64,000 bases of DNA from Thermoanaerobaculia bacterium (GTDB lineage Bacteria; Acidobacteriota; Thermoanaerobaculia; UBA5066; Gp7-AA6): NCBI GenBank assembly GCA_036505535.1, contig DASXTI010000062.1, forward strand, positions 39,249 to 103,248, written 5' to 3'. Both the position numbers and the translations under genes were made by a program. The notes under the pieces were generated by a model, which saw nothing but the letters and a program-made list of their open reading frames with translations, did not search any database and was not told the DNA's origin. Of this stretch, positions 1 to 7,884 are shown in pieces (position 1 is the first letter of the stretch; each line of letters opens with the position of its first letter).

Positions 1-1
1 C

Positions 2-997
2 GTTCTGCAGGACCGCCGCGAATTCTTCTTCGAGAAATCGCAGGAGATCCAGCCCCGCGTGTTCCTCGAGGCCTTCCTGCCCCAGTTCTATGACGCGAAT
101 CCGTTTCTGCCCGCCGAGGTCCACCTGCCGGTCGCGATTGCCGATGCCGGGCTCCTCGAAGACTTTCTCTCCGCGCGGCGCGGCACGAAAGTCACCGTGA
201 GAGTCCCCCAGCGCGGGGCGGCCGCCGACCGCCTTCGCTTAGCGGAGGTCAACGCGCGCGAGCGGCACCGGGTCCGCTTCCGGCGCACCGGCGGGGACGA
301 GGCCGTGGCGGTCGAGAGGCTGGCTCGCGCGATCGGGATGGGCCTTCCGCCGCATCGCATCGAGGCGTTCGATATCTCGCACCTTCAGGGCACCGACAGC
401 GTCGCATCGCTCGTGGTATTCGAAGACGGCAGGCCCAAGAAGTCCGACTACCGCCTCTTCAACATCACATCGCAGGATCTCCTTCAACCGGACGACTTCC
501 GCAGTATGGCGGAGGCCGTCGAGCGCCGGTACCGGCGTGTCCGGGACGAAGGAGGGTCCAGGCCCGATCTCGTTTTGGTCGACGGGGGACGGGGGCAGTT
601 GCAGGCCGCGCTCACCGCTCTGGACCGGCTGGGTGTGGAGCTGCCGGTTGTCGGCCTCGCGAAGAGAGAAGAGGAGATCTGGCTGGCGGATCGGCCCGAG
701 CCCGTCCGTCTCTCGCGCAAGGATCCCGCCCTCCAGCTCGTCCAGCGGGTGCGAGACGAGGCGCACCGGTTCGCCGTCTCGCGCCATCGCCGGCGGCGCG
801 GCAAGCGAATGCGTCAGACGGGCTTGACCGAGATACCCGGTGTCGGCCCCGTGCGCGCGCGCACGCTCCTGCGGCGGTTCGGATCGGTCAAGGGGCTCAA
901 GGGAGCCGACCCCCGCGAGATCGAGGCCGCGGTCGGCCCCTCGACGGCCCGGGCCGTCGTCGAATACCTCGGCCGTCAGAGCGCTCGCTCCGCATGA
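2..997 (+). CDS. uvrC: Excinuclease ABC subunit C (UvrC), C-terminal part; 5' end outside the window
   Basis: ORF track 59..997 with the frame open to the window edge. UvrC endonuclease-domain motifs (IEAFDISHLQG, LVLVDGGRGQL) and C-terminal helix-hairpin-helix (IPGVGPVRARTLLRRFGS). Confidence 0.9.
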   Translation, partial: VLQDRREFFFEKSQEIQPRVFLEAFLPQFYDANPFLPAEVHLPVAIADAGLLEDFLSARRGTKVTVRVPQRGAAADRLRLAEVNARERHRVRFRRTGGDEAVAVERLARAIGMGLPPHRIEAFDISHLQGTDSVASLVVFEDGRPKKSDYRLFNITSQDLLQPDDFRSMAEAVERRYRRVRDEGGSRPDLVLVDGGRGQLQAALTALDRLGVELPVVGLAKREEEIWLADRPEPVRLSRKDPALQLVQRVRDEAHRFAVSRHRRRRGKRMRQTGLTEIPGVGPVRARTLLRRFGSVKGLKGADPREIEAAVGPSTARAVVEYLGRQSARSA

Positions 998-2757
998 GAA
1001 CCGCGTTCGAGGCCGAAGGCGAGATCCGGAGCATGGATCTCCTCGCCGGTATCGTGACCTTCTGGCGCGAAGCACAGAGCGGGTCGCTGCATTTCCTTCG
1101 GCCCGGCGCGTCGGCCGGCTTTCAGCTCGTCGCCGGAGAGATCGTCGGCGTCTCCTCGTCGGATCCTCGCTTCGAGACCGCATCGATCCTGTTCCGCGCG
1201 GGAAAGCTCGACGCGGCGACGCTCGAGCGCCTCGCGACGCCGGAAGAAGGAGATCGCGCACAGGCGGCGATGCAGGCCGGCATCCTCACCAAGCGCGAGT
1301 GGCGGTGGGGCGAGAAGATTCGCGCGGTCGAGGTCCTCTCGGACCTGTTGACCTGGCTCGAGGGGGACTATCTTTTCGAGACGACGCCGCCGCCCGAGGC
1401 CGGCGAGTTTCGGCTCGCGATTCCGCGCCTGGTGCTCGAGCTCTTTCTGAGATCCCGCGACCGCGGCCTCGTTCTTCACTATCTCGGCGGCGCCGACGTC
1501 CCCCTGGCGCGGTCCCACGACTTCGACGCCGAGTTCGCAACCTTCGGATTGACCGCGGACGCCGAGTCCGTCGTCCGCCTCATCGACGGAAAGGCCACAG
1601 CCGCCGAGATCGCCAGCGAGGCGCCGGCCGAATCGTTCGCGGTCGAAAAGCTGCTCGCCGCCTTGGTGACGCTGGGGCTCATTCACCCGGAGTTCGCCGC
1701 TGGGGAACGGCGGCCGCAAGCCGTGCCCGCGGGGCAAACAGCGCCATCCGTTCTGGTGGAGCCGCCGACCGATGAAGGGAGCGGGAAGGAAGAGGGGGAG
1801 GAAGAACCGGAGTCTGCCGAGGAAGAGGAGGGCGGGGAGCAAGAGGAACCTTCCGAGGCCCTCGAGGAATCGGTGGAACTGCCCGAGGAGAGTGTCGCCG
1901 AAGGGACGCCCTCGCTCCCGGAAACCTTCGAGTCTTATGCAGACGCGGGAGAAGCGCCGTTGCGTTCCCGCGAACATGCCGCGCAACCGCCGTCGCTCGC
2001 GGACTTCGGACCCGGGGAACCTCTCGGGGGGGGTCTGGTCGGCGGTACACCGGAGGAGATCGCAGAGCGGGAAGTCTTCGAGATGCCGATCGGTGTGTCC
2101 GGCGAGCAGAACGAGGATCGCCCGGCGCGACGGAGCTCGGCCGCGTTTCTCTGGCTGCTCGGCTTTCTCGTTGCGGTTGTCGCCGCCATCATTCTGTTGC
2201 GCGGCCGCGGAGCGCCAATTCCGCGAACCCTCGTCCCCTTGAGAGGGAGTCCCACGGCGGCTCCATCCGGCACCGGCGTCTCCGCCGCGCCATCTCCCGA
2301 GCCGACCGCGCCACCGCAGACGCCGGGCGTCACGGCGATCTCGGCGAGGGTCCGTCCGACACCGGCCTCGCCCGCCCTGGCGCCGACCCGCGCGAGTGCG
2401 CCGCTGCCCATCGGTCCGACGGCGTCTGCCGTCCGCGAAACCGAGCGGGAAGGCTCCCGTGCGTACTGGCTCGACCGCGCCTCCCGCGACCGAAAGCGCG
2501 CGGGGGCGGACCGCAAAGCGCACTTCACGATTCAGCTCGAGCTCGCCTGCGAAGTCGGATCCCTCATCGACGCCTGGAAGCACGATCGGCCGGCGGGAAC
2601 GATGTGGCTGCTCGCCACTCCGTTCCAGGGCCGGACCTGCTTCCGGGTCCTCTGGGGCCGCTATCCGAATCGCGACGCGGCGCGCCGGGCGCTGTCGAGC
2701 GTACCCGCATTCTTCGCGACCCCGCGCAACCGGCCGATCGTGACGGCCATACACTGA
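994..2757 (+). CDS. Membrane-anchored DUF4388/PATAN-like protein with acidic linker and C-terminal SPOR-like domain
   Basis: 587-aa ORF with ATGA overlap on the uvrC stop. The N-terminus resembles the DUF4388 region of the next gene. It also has a Glu-rich tract, one hydrophobic helix (AAFLWLLGFLVAVVAAIILL), a Pro/Ala-rich spacer, and a last ~75 aa with a SPOR-like pattern (HFTIQLE...FRVLWGRYPNRDAARRAL). Confidence 0.6.
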   Translation: MRTAFEAEGEIRSMDLLAGIVTFWREAQSGSLHFLRPGASAGFQLVAGEIVGVSSSDPRFETASILFRAGKLDAATLERLATPEEGDRAQAAMQAGILTKREWRWGEKIRAVEVLSDLLTWLEGDYLFETTPPPEAGEFRLAIPRLVLELFLRSRDRGLVLHYLGGADVPLARSHDFDAEFATFGLTADAESVVRLIDGKATAAEIASEAPAESFAVEKLLAALVTLGLIHPEFAAGERRPQAVPAGQTAPSVLVEPPTDEGSGKEEGEEEPESAEEEEGGEQEEPSEALEESVELPEESVAEGTPSLPETFESYADAGEAPLRSREHAAQPPSLADFGPGEPLGGGLVGGTPEEIAEREVFEMPIGVSGEQNEDRPARRSSAAFLWLLGFLVAVVAAIILLRGRGAPIPRTLVPLRGSPTAAPSGTGVSAAPSPEPTAPPQTPGVTAISARVRPTPASPALAPTRASAPLPIGPTASAVRETEREGSRAYWLDRASRDRKRAGADRKAHFTIQLELACEVGSLIDAWKHDRPAGTMWLLATPFQGRTCFRVLWGRYPNRDAARRALSSVPAFFATPRNRPIVTAIH

Positions 2758-2802
2758 CGCTCCAGCTTCTGCTACCCTAGTGGCCAATCGCACGGACACC
2801 GA

Positions 2803-4416
2803 ATGACGACGCAGGCAGCGGCCGGCGGGTTTCGCGGCTCCCTCTCGGAGACTCCATTGCCGCAGGTGCTTCGGAGGATCTTCCTCGAGGGGCTCAAAGG
2901 AACCCTGACTCTCGTCCACGGGGATGAGACCCGGCACCTCTTCTTCGAGAAGGGGGAGCTGCGCACCGCCACCTCCTCGCGGGAAGGGCAGCGGATCGGC
3001 GCCTTCCTGAAGCGCCGGGGCTGGATCACCGAGACCGACCTCAACTGGGCACTCGACACGATCGCCAAGCAGGGGAGGGCACGACTCGGCAAGATCCTGG
3101 TCGATCGGGGGCTCGTCTCGCGGACGGTCCTGGACGCGGAGATGCGACGGCTCGTCGAAGAGATCGTCTTCTCGACCTTCGCCTGGGACTCCGGTGAATA
3201 CCGGTTTCAGGGCTCTTCCGGCATCCTCGATCCGGACGTGGCCCTCACCCTTTCGACGGCCGCGATCATCGTCGAGGGAATTCGCCGCCTGCCGGAGAGC
3301 GATGCATTCCGCGAACGGCTCGGCGATGGGCACCGTGTCCCGATTCTCGCCACCGATCCTATGTCGCGTTATCAGTACCTCCCGTTGACCCCGCAGGAGG
3401 CGTATCTTCTTTCGCGCATCGACGGCATCCTCGACGTCGACTCGCTCCTGAAGATCGGCGGCGCTTCGCGCGCCGCGACCGCGAAGATTCTCTACGGGCT
3501 GGTCTCCTGCGGCATCGTCGAGTGGAAGCAGGAGGGAACGGAACGTCCCGCGAGCGGCCGGGGCGGCTTCCACGGCTTGAACGTCGAGGTGGCCGCGGAT
3601 CCGACCGACCGTTCACCGGGACACGCCGAGCTCGTGAAGAACACCTACCGGCGGATCGACTGGCTGACCCACTACGAGCTGCTCGGCGTTCCGCGCGACG
3701 CGACGACCGAGAAGATCGCGGAGGCCTACTTCGAGCGAAGCCGCCTCTTCCATCCGGATCTGCGGCATCGCGAGGACCTCTCACGGTTCGAGAAGGAGCT
3801 CTCCGCGGTCTTCGAGCGAATGAAAGACGCCTACGAGACGCTTTCGGATCCCGAGAAGCGCGCTCTCTACGGTCAGAGCCTCGACGCCGCGCCGGTCTCT
3901 TTGCTGCTGGCCGACGGGGCCTCCGATCCGGAGATGCGCAAGAAGCAGGCCGCCCAAAGCTTTCGACGCGCCCGGCAGCTGATCGAAGAGAAGGACTATC
4001 ATCCGGCCGTCGAGATGCTGCGCGAGGCCGTCCGCTTCGTGCCCGACAACGCGGAGTATCGATTCGTTCTGTCGCAGGTCGAAATGAAGAATCCCAACTG
4101 GGTCGAGCAAGGGCTGGCCAATCTGAAGGAGGCCGCGCGCCTCGACAGCCGGCGCGTCGCGTTCTCGGTCGATGCGGCTCGACTCCTGCTCGAGCACAAG
4201 CATCCCCATGAGGCCGAGCCCTTCGCGCGGCGGGCCGTTTCGCTCGACCCGTCGGCGGAGAACGAAGACCTGCTGCAGAGGGTTCTGGCGCAAGCCGCGG
4301 CTACCCCGGGAGGGGCGATCGAGAAGAAAGCCGAAGCCGACAAGGCGGATACCGAGCCGGCCGCCGAGTCCCAGCCGACGAGCCTGCTATCGCGACTCTT
4401 CCGGCACCGCAGTTGA
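2803..4416 (+). CDS. DUF4388 + DnaJ J-domain + TPR-like repeat protein
   Basis: N-terminal LSETPLPQVLRRI...GTLTLVHGDETRHLFFEKGEL (DUF4388-like). J domain HYELLGVPRDAT...LFHPD...AYETLSDPEKRALYG. C-terminal TPR-like helical repeats. Confidence 0.8.
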   Translation: MTTQAAAGGFRGSLSETPLPQVLRRIFLEGLKGTLTLVHGDETRHLFFEKGELRTATSSREGQRIGAFLKRRGWITETDLNWALDTIAKQGRARLGKILVDRGLVSRTVLDAEMRRLVEEIVFSTFAWDSGEYRFQGSSGILDPDVALTLSTAAIIVEGIRRLPESDAFRERLGDGHRVPILATDPMSRYQYLPLTPQEAYLLSRIDGILDVDSLLKIGGASRAATAKILYGLVSCGIVEWKQEGTERPASGRGGFHGLNVEVAADPTDRSPGHAELVKNTYRRIDWLTHYELLGVPRDATTEKIAEAYFERSRLFHPDLRHREDLSRFEKELSAVFERMKDAYETLSDPEKRALYGQSLDAAPVSLLLADGASDPEMRKKQAAQSFRRARQLIEEKDYHPAVEMLREAVRFVPDNAEYRFVLSQVEMKNPNWVEQGLANLKEAARLDSRRVAFSVDAARLLLEHKHPHEAEPFARRAVSLDPSAENEDLLQRVLAQAAATPGGAIEKKAEADKADTEPAAESQPTSLLSRLFRHRS

Positions 4417-5012
4417 CGGCCGTCTTCACGGGGCTCGGCCTGTCGGCGGCGGCCGGCCTGAATGCCTGGGTGGTCCTGCTGTTGTTCAACGGTCTCTTTC
4501 TCGTCCTGCCGCAGGAGTTTCCGGGCGTAACCGCTGGCCTCCTGTCGAGCCATTTCGCCCTGACGGCCGCCATCGCGCTCTTTCTTGCGGAGTTCGTCGC
4601 CGACAAGATCCCCGTCGTCGATCACGTCTGGAACCTGGCTCAGACGGTTCTGCGGCCTCTCGTCGGTGCGCTGTTGATGCTGGCGGCGGTTCCCGAGAGC
4701 TCGCTGGCCGCGCGGGTGGCCCTGGGCGCCGCCGGCGCGCTCGCCACCTTGGCGACACACTTCGCCAAATCGACGACGCGCTTGACGTCGACGGCGGCCA
4801 CTCGAGGCCTGGCGCAGTTCGCGCTCTCCCTCGCGGAAGACGCCGTCGCTCTCGCGCTCGGGGCGCTCGTGTTCTTCGTCCCTTGGTTCACGGCGATCTT
4901 TCTCGGGGCACTCACAATCCTGCTCATCATCGAGCGTCGTCGGGTCTCGCATGGCCTCGCGGTTCTCTTCTTCCGGTTGAAGCATCCTCGGCGCGCGTTG
5001 CGGGAAACCTGA
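4413..5012 (+). CDS. DUF4126 family integral membrane protein
   Basis: 199-aa ORF with TTGA overlap on the upstream stop. Multi-pass hydrophobic protein; the N-terminus GLGLSAAAGLNAWVVLL is typical of DUF4126. Confidence 0.65.
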   Translation: MTAVFTGLGLSAAAGLNAWVVLLLFNGLFLVLPQEFPGVTAGLLSSHFALTAAIALFLAEFVADKIPVVDHVWNLAQTVLRPLVGALLMLAAVPESSLAARVALGAAGALATLATHFAKSTTRLTSTAATRGLAQFALSLAEDAVALALGALVFFVPWFTAIFLGALTILLIIERRRVSHGLAVLFFRLKHPRRALRET

Positions 5013-5015
5013 TCC

Positions 5016-5050
5016 CAATCGTCAATCGCCAATCGCCAATCGCCAATTCC
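5016..5050. repeat. Five tandem heptamers CAATCGT-CAATCGC-CAATCGC-CAATCGC-CAATTCC, ending 3 nt before the next start codon
   Basis: Read directly from the sequence. It fills the DUF4126 / NYN-gene spacer. Same heptad as the right arm of the 46121-46155 element. Confidence 0.9.
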
Positions 5051-5053
5051 CCC

Positions 5054-5509
5054 ATGCCTTATTTCCTCGACGGCAACAACCTGATCGGCATCGTGCGGCG
5101 GACCTCTCGCCCCACGGAGGAGGATCGCTCCGCGCTGATCGCCGAGATCGCGGAGCGCCTGCGGAGGACGCGGGCGAAAGCGACCATTTTCTTCGACGGC
5201 CCGGCCAGGCAACAGGCGACCTCGCTCGGCAGCCTCACGGTTCGGGCACCGTCCTCGGGGACCGCCGACGACGCGATTGTGCGGGATGTCGAACGGGCGC
5301 GTGCTCCCCGCGAGGCCGTCGTCGTGACCGCGGATAGGGGGCTGGCGCGCCGCGTTCGGGACGCCGGAGGGCGAGTCTGGTCGCCTGCCCAATTCTTCGA
5401 GCGCTTCGGAGGGGAGCATGGGCCTCGGGCGGAGCGCCAGGACGTCGGACGCGTGGACGTCGAAGCCTGGATGCGGTACTTCGAGGATGAGAGAAATCGG
5501 GGTGGCTAG
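5054..5509 (+). CDS. NYN/PIN-like domain protein (YacP/Rae1-like predicted RNase)
   Basis: Internal ATG of ORF 4172..5509. MPYFLDGNNLIG...ATIFFDG...GTADDAIV...VVVTADRGL matches the YacP-like NYN pattern (DG.N...FDG...ADD.I...V.T.D). Confidence 0.7.
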   Translation: MPYFLDGNNLIGIVRRTSRPTEEDRSALIAEIAERLRRTRAKATIFFDGPARQQATSLGSLTVRAPSSGTADDAIVRDVERARAPREAVVVTADRGLARRVRDAGGRVWSPAQFFERFGGEHGPRAERQDVGRVDVEAWMRYFEDERNRGG

Positions 5510-5586
5510 CAGCGGCAAACTCGGAGACGGGGTCAGATCTCTCGGGATGCCGGCTTGTCGCGGGAGGTATCGCGGGGAGGCCTGAC

Positions 5587-5646
5587 GGGGTCAGGTCTTT
5601 GGGTGGAAGCGTTCGAATCGGCGATATCGCCCTGAGACCTGACCCC
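5587..5646 (+). other. 12-bp-stem hairpin (GGGGTCAGGTCT ... AGACCTGACCCC) directly 5' of rnpB, with an inner palindrome GGCGATATCGCC in the loop
   Basis: Seen in sequence. A third direct copy, GGGGTCAGATCT, lies at 5529-5540. Confidence 0.5.
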
Positions 5647-5662
5647 ATGTTAGGCTATACAC

Positions 5663-6077
5663 GGCTCCGAGCGGGCCACGCGATCGCTCCGAGAAATCGG
5701 AGAGGAAAGTCCGAACTCCACACGGGCGGCATGCCGGGTAATCCCCGGTCGCGGCGACGCGAAGGAAAGTGCCACAGAGAAGAGACCGCCTTCCGGAAGG
5801 ACGGCAAGGGTGAAACGGTGCGGTAAGAGCGCACCGCTCCGCCGGCAACGGCGGGGGCACGGTAAACCCCATGCGGAGCAAGGCCAAATAGGGGGGCAGC
5901 GGGCGCCCGTCCCGCCTCACATTCCGTGAGCTGCCTCCGGGTCGGCTGCTCGAGCCCGAGGGCGACCTCGGGACCAGAGGAATGATCGCGACCCCGGCCA
6001 GGGGGAATGGGGGACCGCAAGGTCCGCCGCCAACCTGGCGGGGCACAGAATTCGGCTTACAGGCCCGCTCGGGGCTC
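5663..6077 (+). ncRNA. rnpB: RNase P RNA, bacterial type A
   Basis: Universal conserved blocks: GAGGAAAGTCCGAACTCCACA; GGTGAAACGGTGCGGTAAGAGCGCACC; CACGGTAAACCCCATGCGGAGCAAGGCCAAATAGGGG; ACAGAATTCGGCTTACAGGCCCGCTCGG. The P1 stem pairs 5667-5677 with 6062-6072, followed by a T-run at 6078-6083. Ends are approximate (+/- 5 nt). Confidence 0.95.
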
Positions 6078-6090
6078 TTTTTTGAGTTGT

Positions 6091-6164
6091 TAGTCTGTAG
6101 TCGGTAGGTAGTCTGTAGTCGAGAACCTTGTTACCACCGACTACCGGCTACTAACTACCGACTA
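6091..6164. repeat. Imperfect inverted repeat built of heptads (TAGTCTG TAGTCGG .. TAGTCTG TAGTCGA / CCGACTA CCGGCTA CTAACTA CCGACTA)
   Basis: Seen in sequence, between the rnpB T-run and the ldcA ATG (6168). Lower GC than the flanks. Confidence 0.85.
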
Positions 6165-6167
6165 TTC

Positions 6168-7079
6168 ATGACTCCTTTCACTCGTCCTCCCCGCCTGAAG
6201 CCCGGAGCCACGATCGGCATCGCGGCCATTTCCGGCCCTGTCGACGAGAAGCCTCTCGCTTCGGGCATTCGTGCGCTCGAAGGCCGGGGGTACACGATCG
6301 TGCCGGCGTCCAACATCGGAGAACGCGCCGGGTTTTTCGCGGGATCCGACGAGCGTCGCGCCGCCGGTTACCGTGAGCTCCTTCGCGATCCTCGCGTCGA
6401 CGCCATCTTCTTCGCCCGCGGCGGCTATGGCGCCTCCCGAATCCTGCCGCTGTTGTCTGCCGACGAGATCCGCTCGCGGCCGCGAATCCATCTGGGTGGT
6501 TCGGATCTGACCGTCCTTTTCGCCTTCCTGGCCACCCACGCCCGGCTCGTCTCCTTTTACGGCCCGATGGTCGCCGTCGGGCTGGCGGAGGAGGGGCTCG
6601 ATTGGGAAGGCGTCCTCGCCGGCGAGAGCCCTGCCCTGCATTGCGTCGCCGAGGAGGACGTTCTCGCCGGTGGAGTCGGCCAGGGACCTCTGACGGGAGG
6701 GTGCCTGTCGCTCGCGGCCTCCCTGGCCGGCACCTCCGAGGCGATGGACGGAAGAGGGAGGGTCTTTTTCTGGGAGGACGTGGGCGAAGAGCCTTACCGC
6801 CTCGATCGAATGTTGACCCAACTGGAGCGGTCGGGTACATTCGATCAACTGCAAGCCATGATCATCGGCTCGATTTCGCCCGGCGCGCGCGGCGGTGGGG
6901 AGTCCCAGCCATCCGTCGATGCCTGGCTGCGGGACCGCTTCGCGGGCTCCCCCTTTCCGGTCGTGCGGGGCTTTCCCGCCGGTCACCTCCGCCGTTGCCG
7001 GACTCTGCCGCTCGGCATGCCGGTCCTTGTCGATGCGGAGCATGGGATCGTCAAATTCGCCGGCCCGGCCGTCGCCTGA
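6168..7079 (+). CDS. ldcA: LD-carboxypeptidase (peptidase S66, muramoyltetrapeptide carboxypeptidase)
   Basis: 303-aa ORF. S66 pattern: IGIAAISGP..., nucleophile region HLGGSDLTVL, C-terminal GFPAGH. Confidence 0.8.
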   Translation: MTPFTRPPRLKPGATIGIAAISGPVDEKPLASGIRALEGRGYTIVPASNIGERAGFFAGSDERRAAGYRELLRDPRVDAIFFARGGYGASRILPLLSADEIRSRPRIHLGGSDLTVLFAFLATHARLVSFYGPMVAVGLAEEGLDWEGVLAGESPALHCVAEEDVLAGGVGQGPLTGGCLSLAASLAGTSEAMDGRGRVFFWEDVGEEPYRLDRMLTQLERSGTFDQLQAMIIGSISPGARGGGESQPSVDAWLRDRFAGSPFPVVRGFPAGHLRRCRTLPLGMPVLVDAEHGIVKFAGPAVA

Positions 7080-7086
7080 GGGACGC

Positions 7087-7884
7087 ATGCCATCCGTGAA
7101 GGCCGTCTTCAAGTCGGGTCCCGGAGGCAGCGGGAAGAACCCGTACGAGAAGTTCCTGGTCAACCACCTCATGGGCGAGATCATCTTTTCCGAAGGAGAC
7201 ATCGGAACCGAGATGTTCATCGTCCAGTCCGGTACGGTGGAACTGCTGAAGGCGATCGGCGGCGAGACCCGAGTCTTGGCGACGTTGGAGAAAGGGGACT
7301 TCTTCGGCGAGATGAGCGTCCTCGAGGACGTGCCCCGCACGGCCTCGGCTCGGGCCAAGACGGACGTGGAGCTCGTCCGGATCAACGGCGCGACCTTCGA
7401 CGCGATGCTCAAGAGCAACACGGAGATTGCCGTCCGGATGATGCGCAAGCTGTCACGGAGGCTGCGCGAGGTGACGGCGATGCTCGAGGAGGCTCTCGGC
7501 CGCCGTGTGGCGGAGGAAGAGAAGCCGGCGCAGCGGAAGGTCGCGCCCGAGCACAACGCCTGCCGCTTGATCGGCGAGGAACCTCCCGCCGAGTTCTTTC
7601 TCAACCGCGAAGGGGACACGCTCGTCGGCCGGGCCGACCCGGTCACGGGAATCACGCCAGACGTGGACTTGACCCCGCTCGACCCGCAGCGCTCCACCTC
7701 CCGGCGTCATGCCAAGCTCTATCAGATGGGGGAGACCTACTACCTCATGGAAGAGATCGGGGTCATGAACGGGACTTACGTCAACGGGAATCGGCTGGCG
7801 ACCGGTGTCCCGGTCGCCCTGGGCAACGGCGACGTTCTCAAGTTCGGGCTCGTGTCGCTGACCTTCCAGGCTCCCGAGACGTAA
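7087..7884 (+). CDS. Cyclic-nucleotide-binding domain + FHA domain protein
   Basis: Internal ATG of ORF 6895..7884. cNMP phosphate-binding cassette GDFFGEMSVL...RTASARA. C-terminal FHA pattern (TLVGRA...SRRHAKL...NGTYVNGNRL...GDVLKFG). Confidence 0.8.
   Translation: MPSVKAVFKSGPGGSGKNPYEKFLVNHLMGEIIFSEGDIGTEMFIVQSGTVELLKAIGGETRVLATLEKGDFFGEMSVLEDVPRTASARAKTDVELVRINGATFDAMLKSNTEIAVRMMRKLSRRLREVTAMLEEALGRRVAEEEKPAQRKVAPEHNACRLIGEEPPAEFFLNREGDTLVGRADPVTGITPDVDLTPLDPQRSTSRRHAKLYQMGETYYLMEEIGVMNGTYVNGNRLATGVPVALGNGDVLKFGLVSLTFQAPET

Noticed and set aside
976-3573. 865-aa minus-strand ORF, and many other long ORFs in the track (e.g. 239..1261-, 6162..7697-, 14531..16018-, 25831..26943-, 28599..30026-, 36510..37646-, 56612..57760-)
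   Set aside because: These are antisense or off-frame shadows of recognisable genes, as expected in very GC-rich DNA where stop codons are rare. Their translations are Arg/Pro/Gly/Ala-rich low-complexity strings with no motifs, and each is fully covered by a gene with clear family signatures.
5651-5661. Possible -10 element (TAGGCT / TATACA) for rnpB
   Set aside because: There is no acceptable -35 at 16-18 nt spacing, and the transcript could equally be processed from read-through of the NYN gene. Not supportable from sequence alone.
5591-6046. ORFs 5591..6046-, 5655..6020- and 5599..5826+
   Set aside because: They lie inside the RNase P RNA gene, which explains the region completely.
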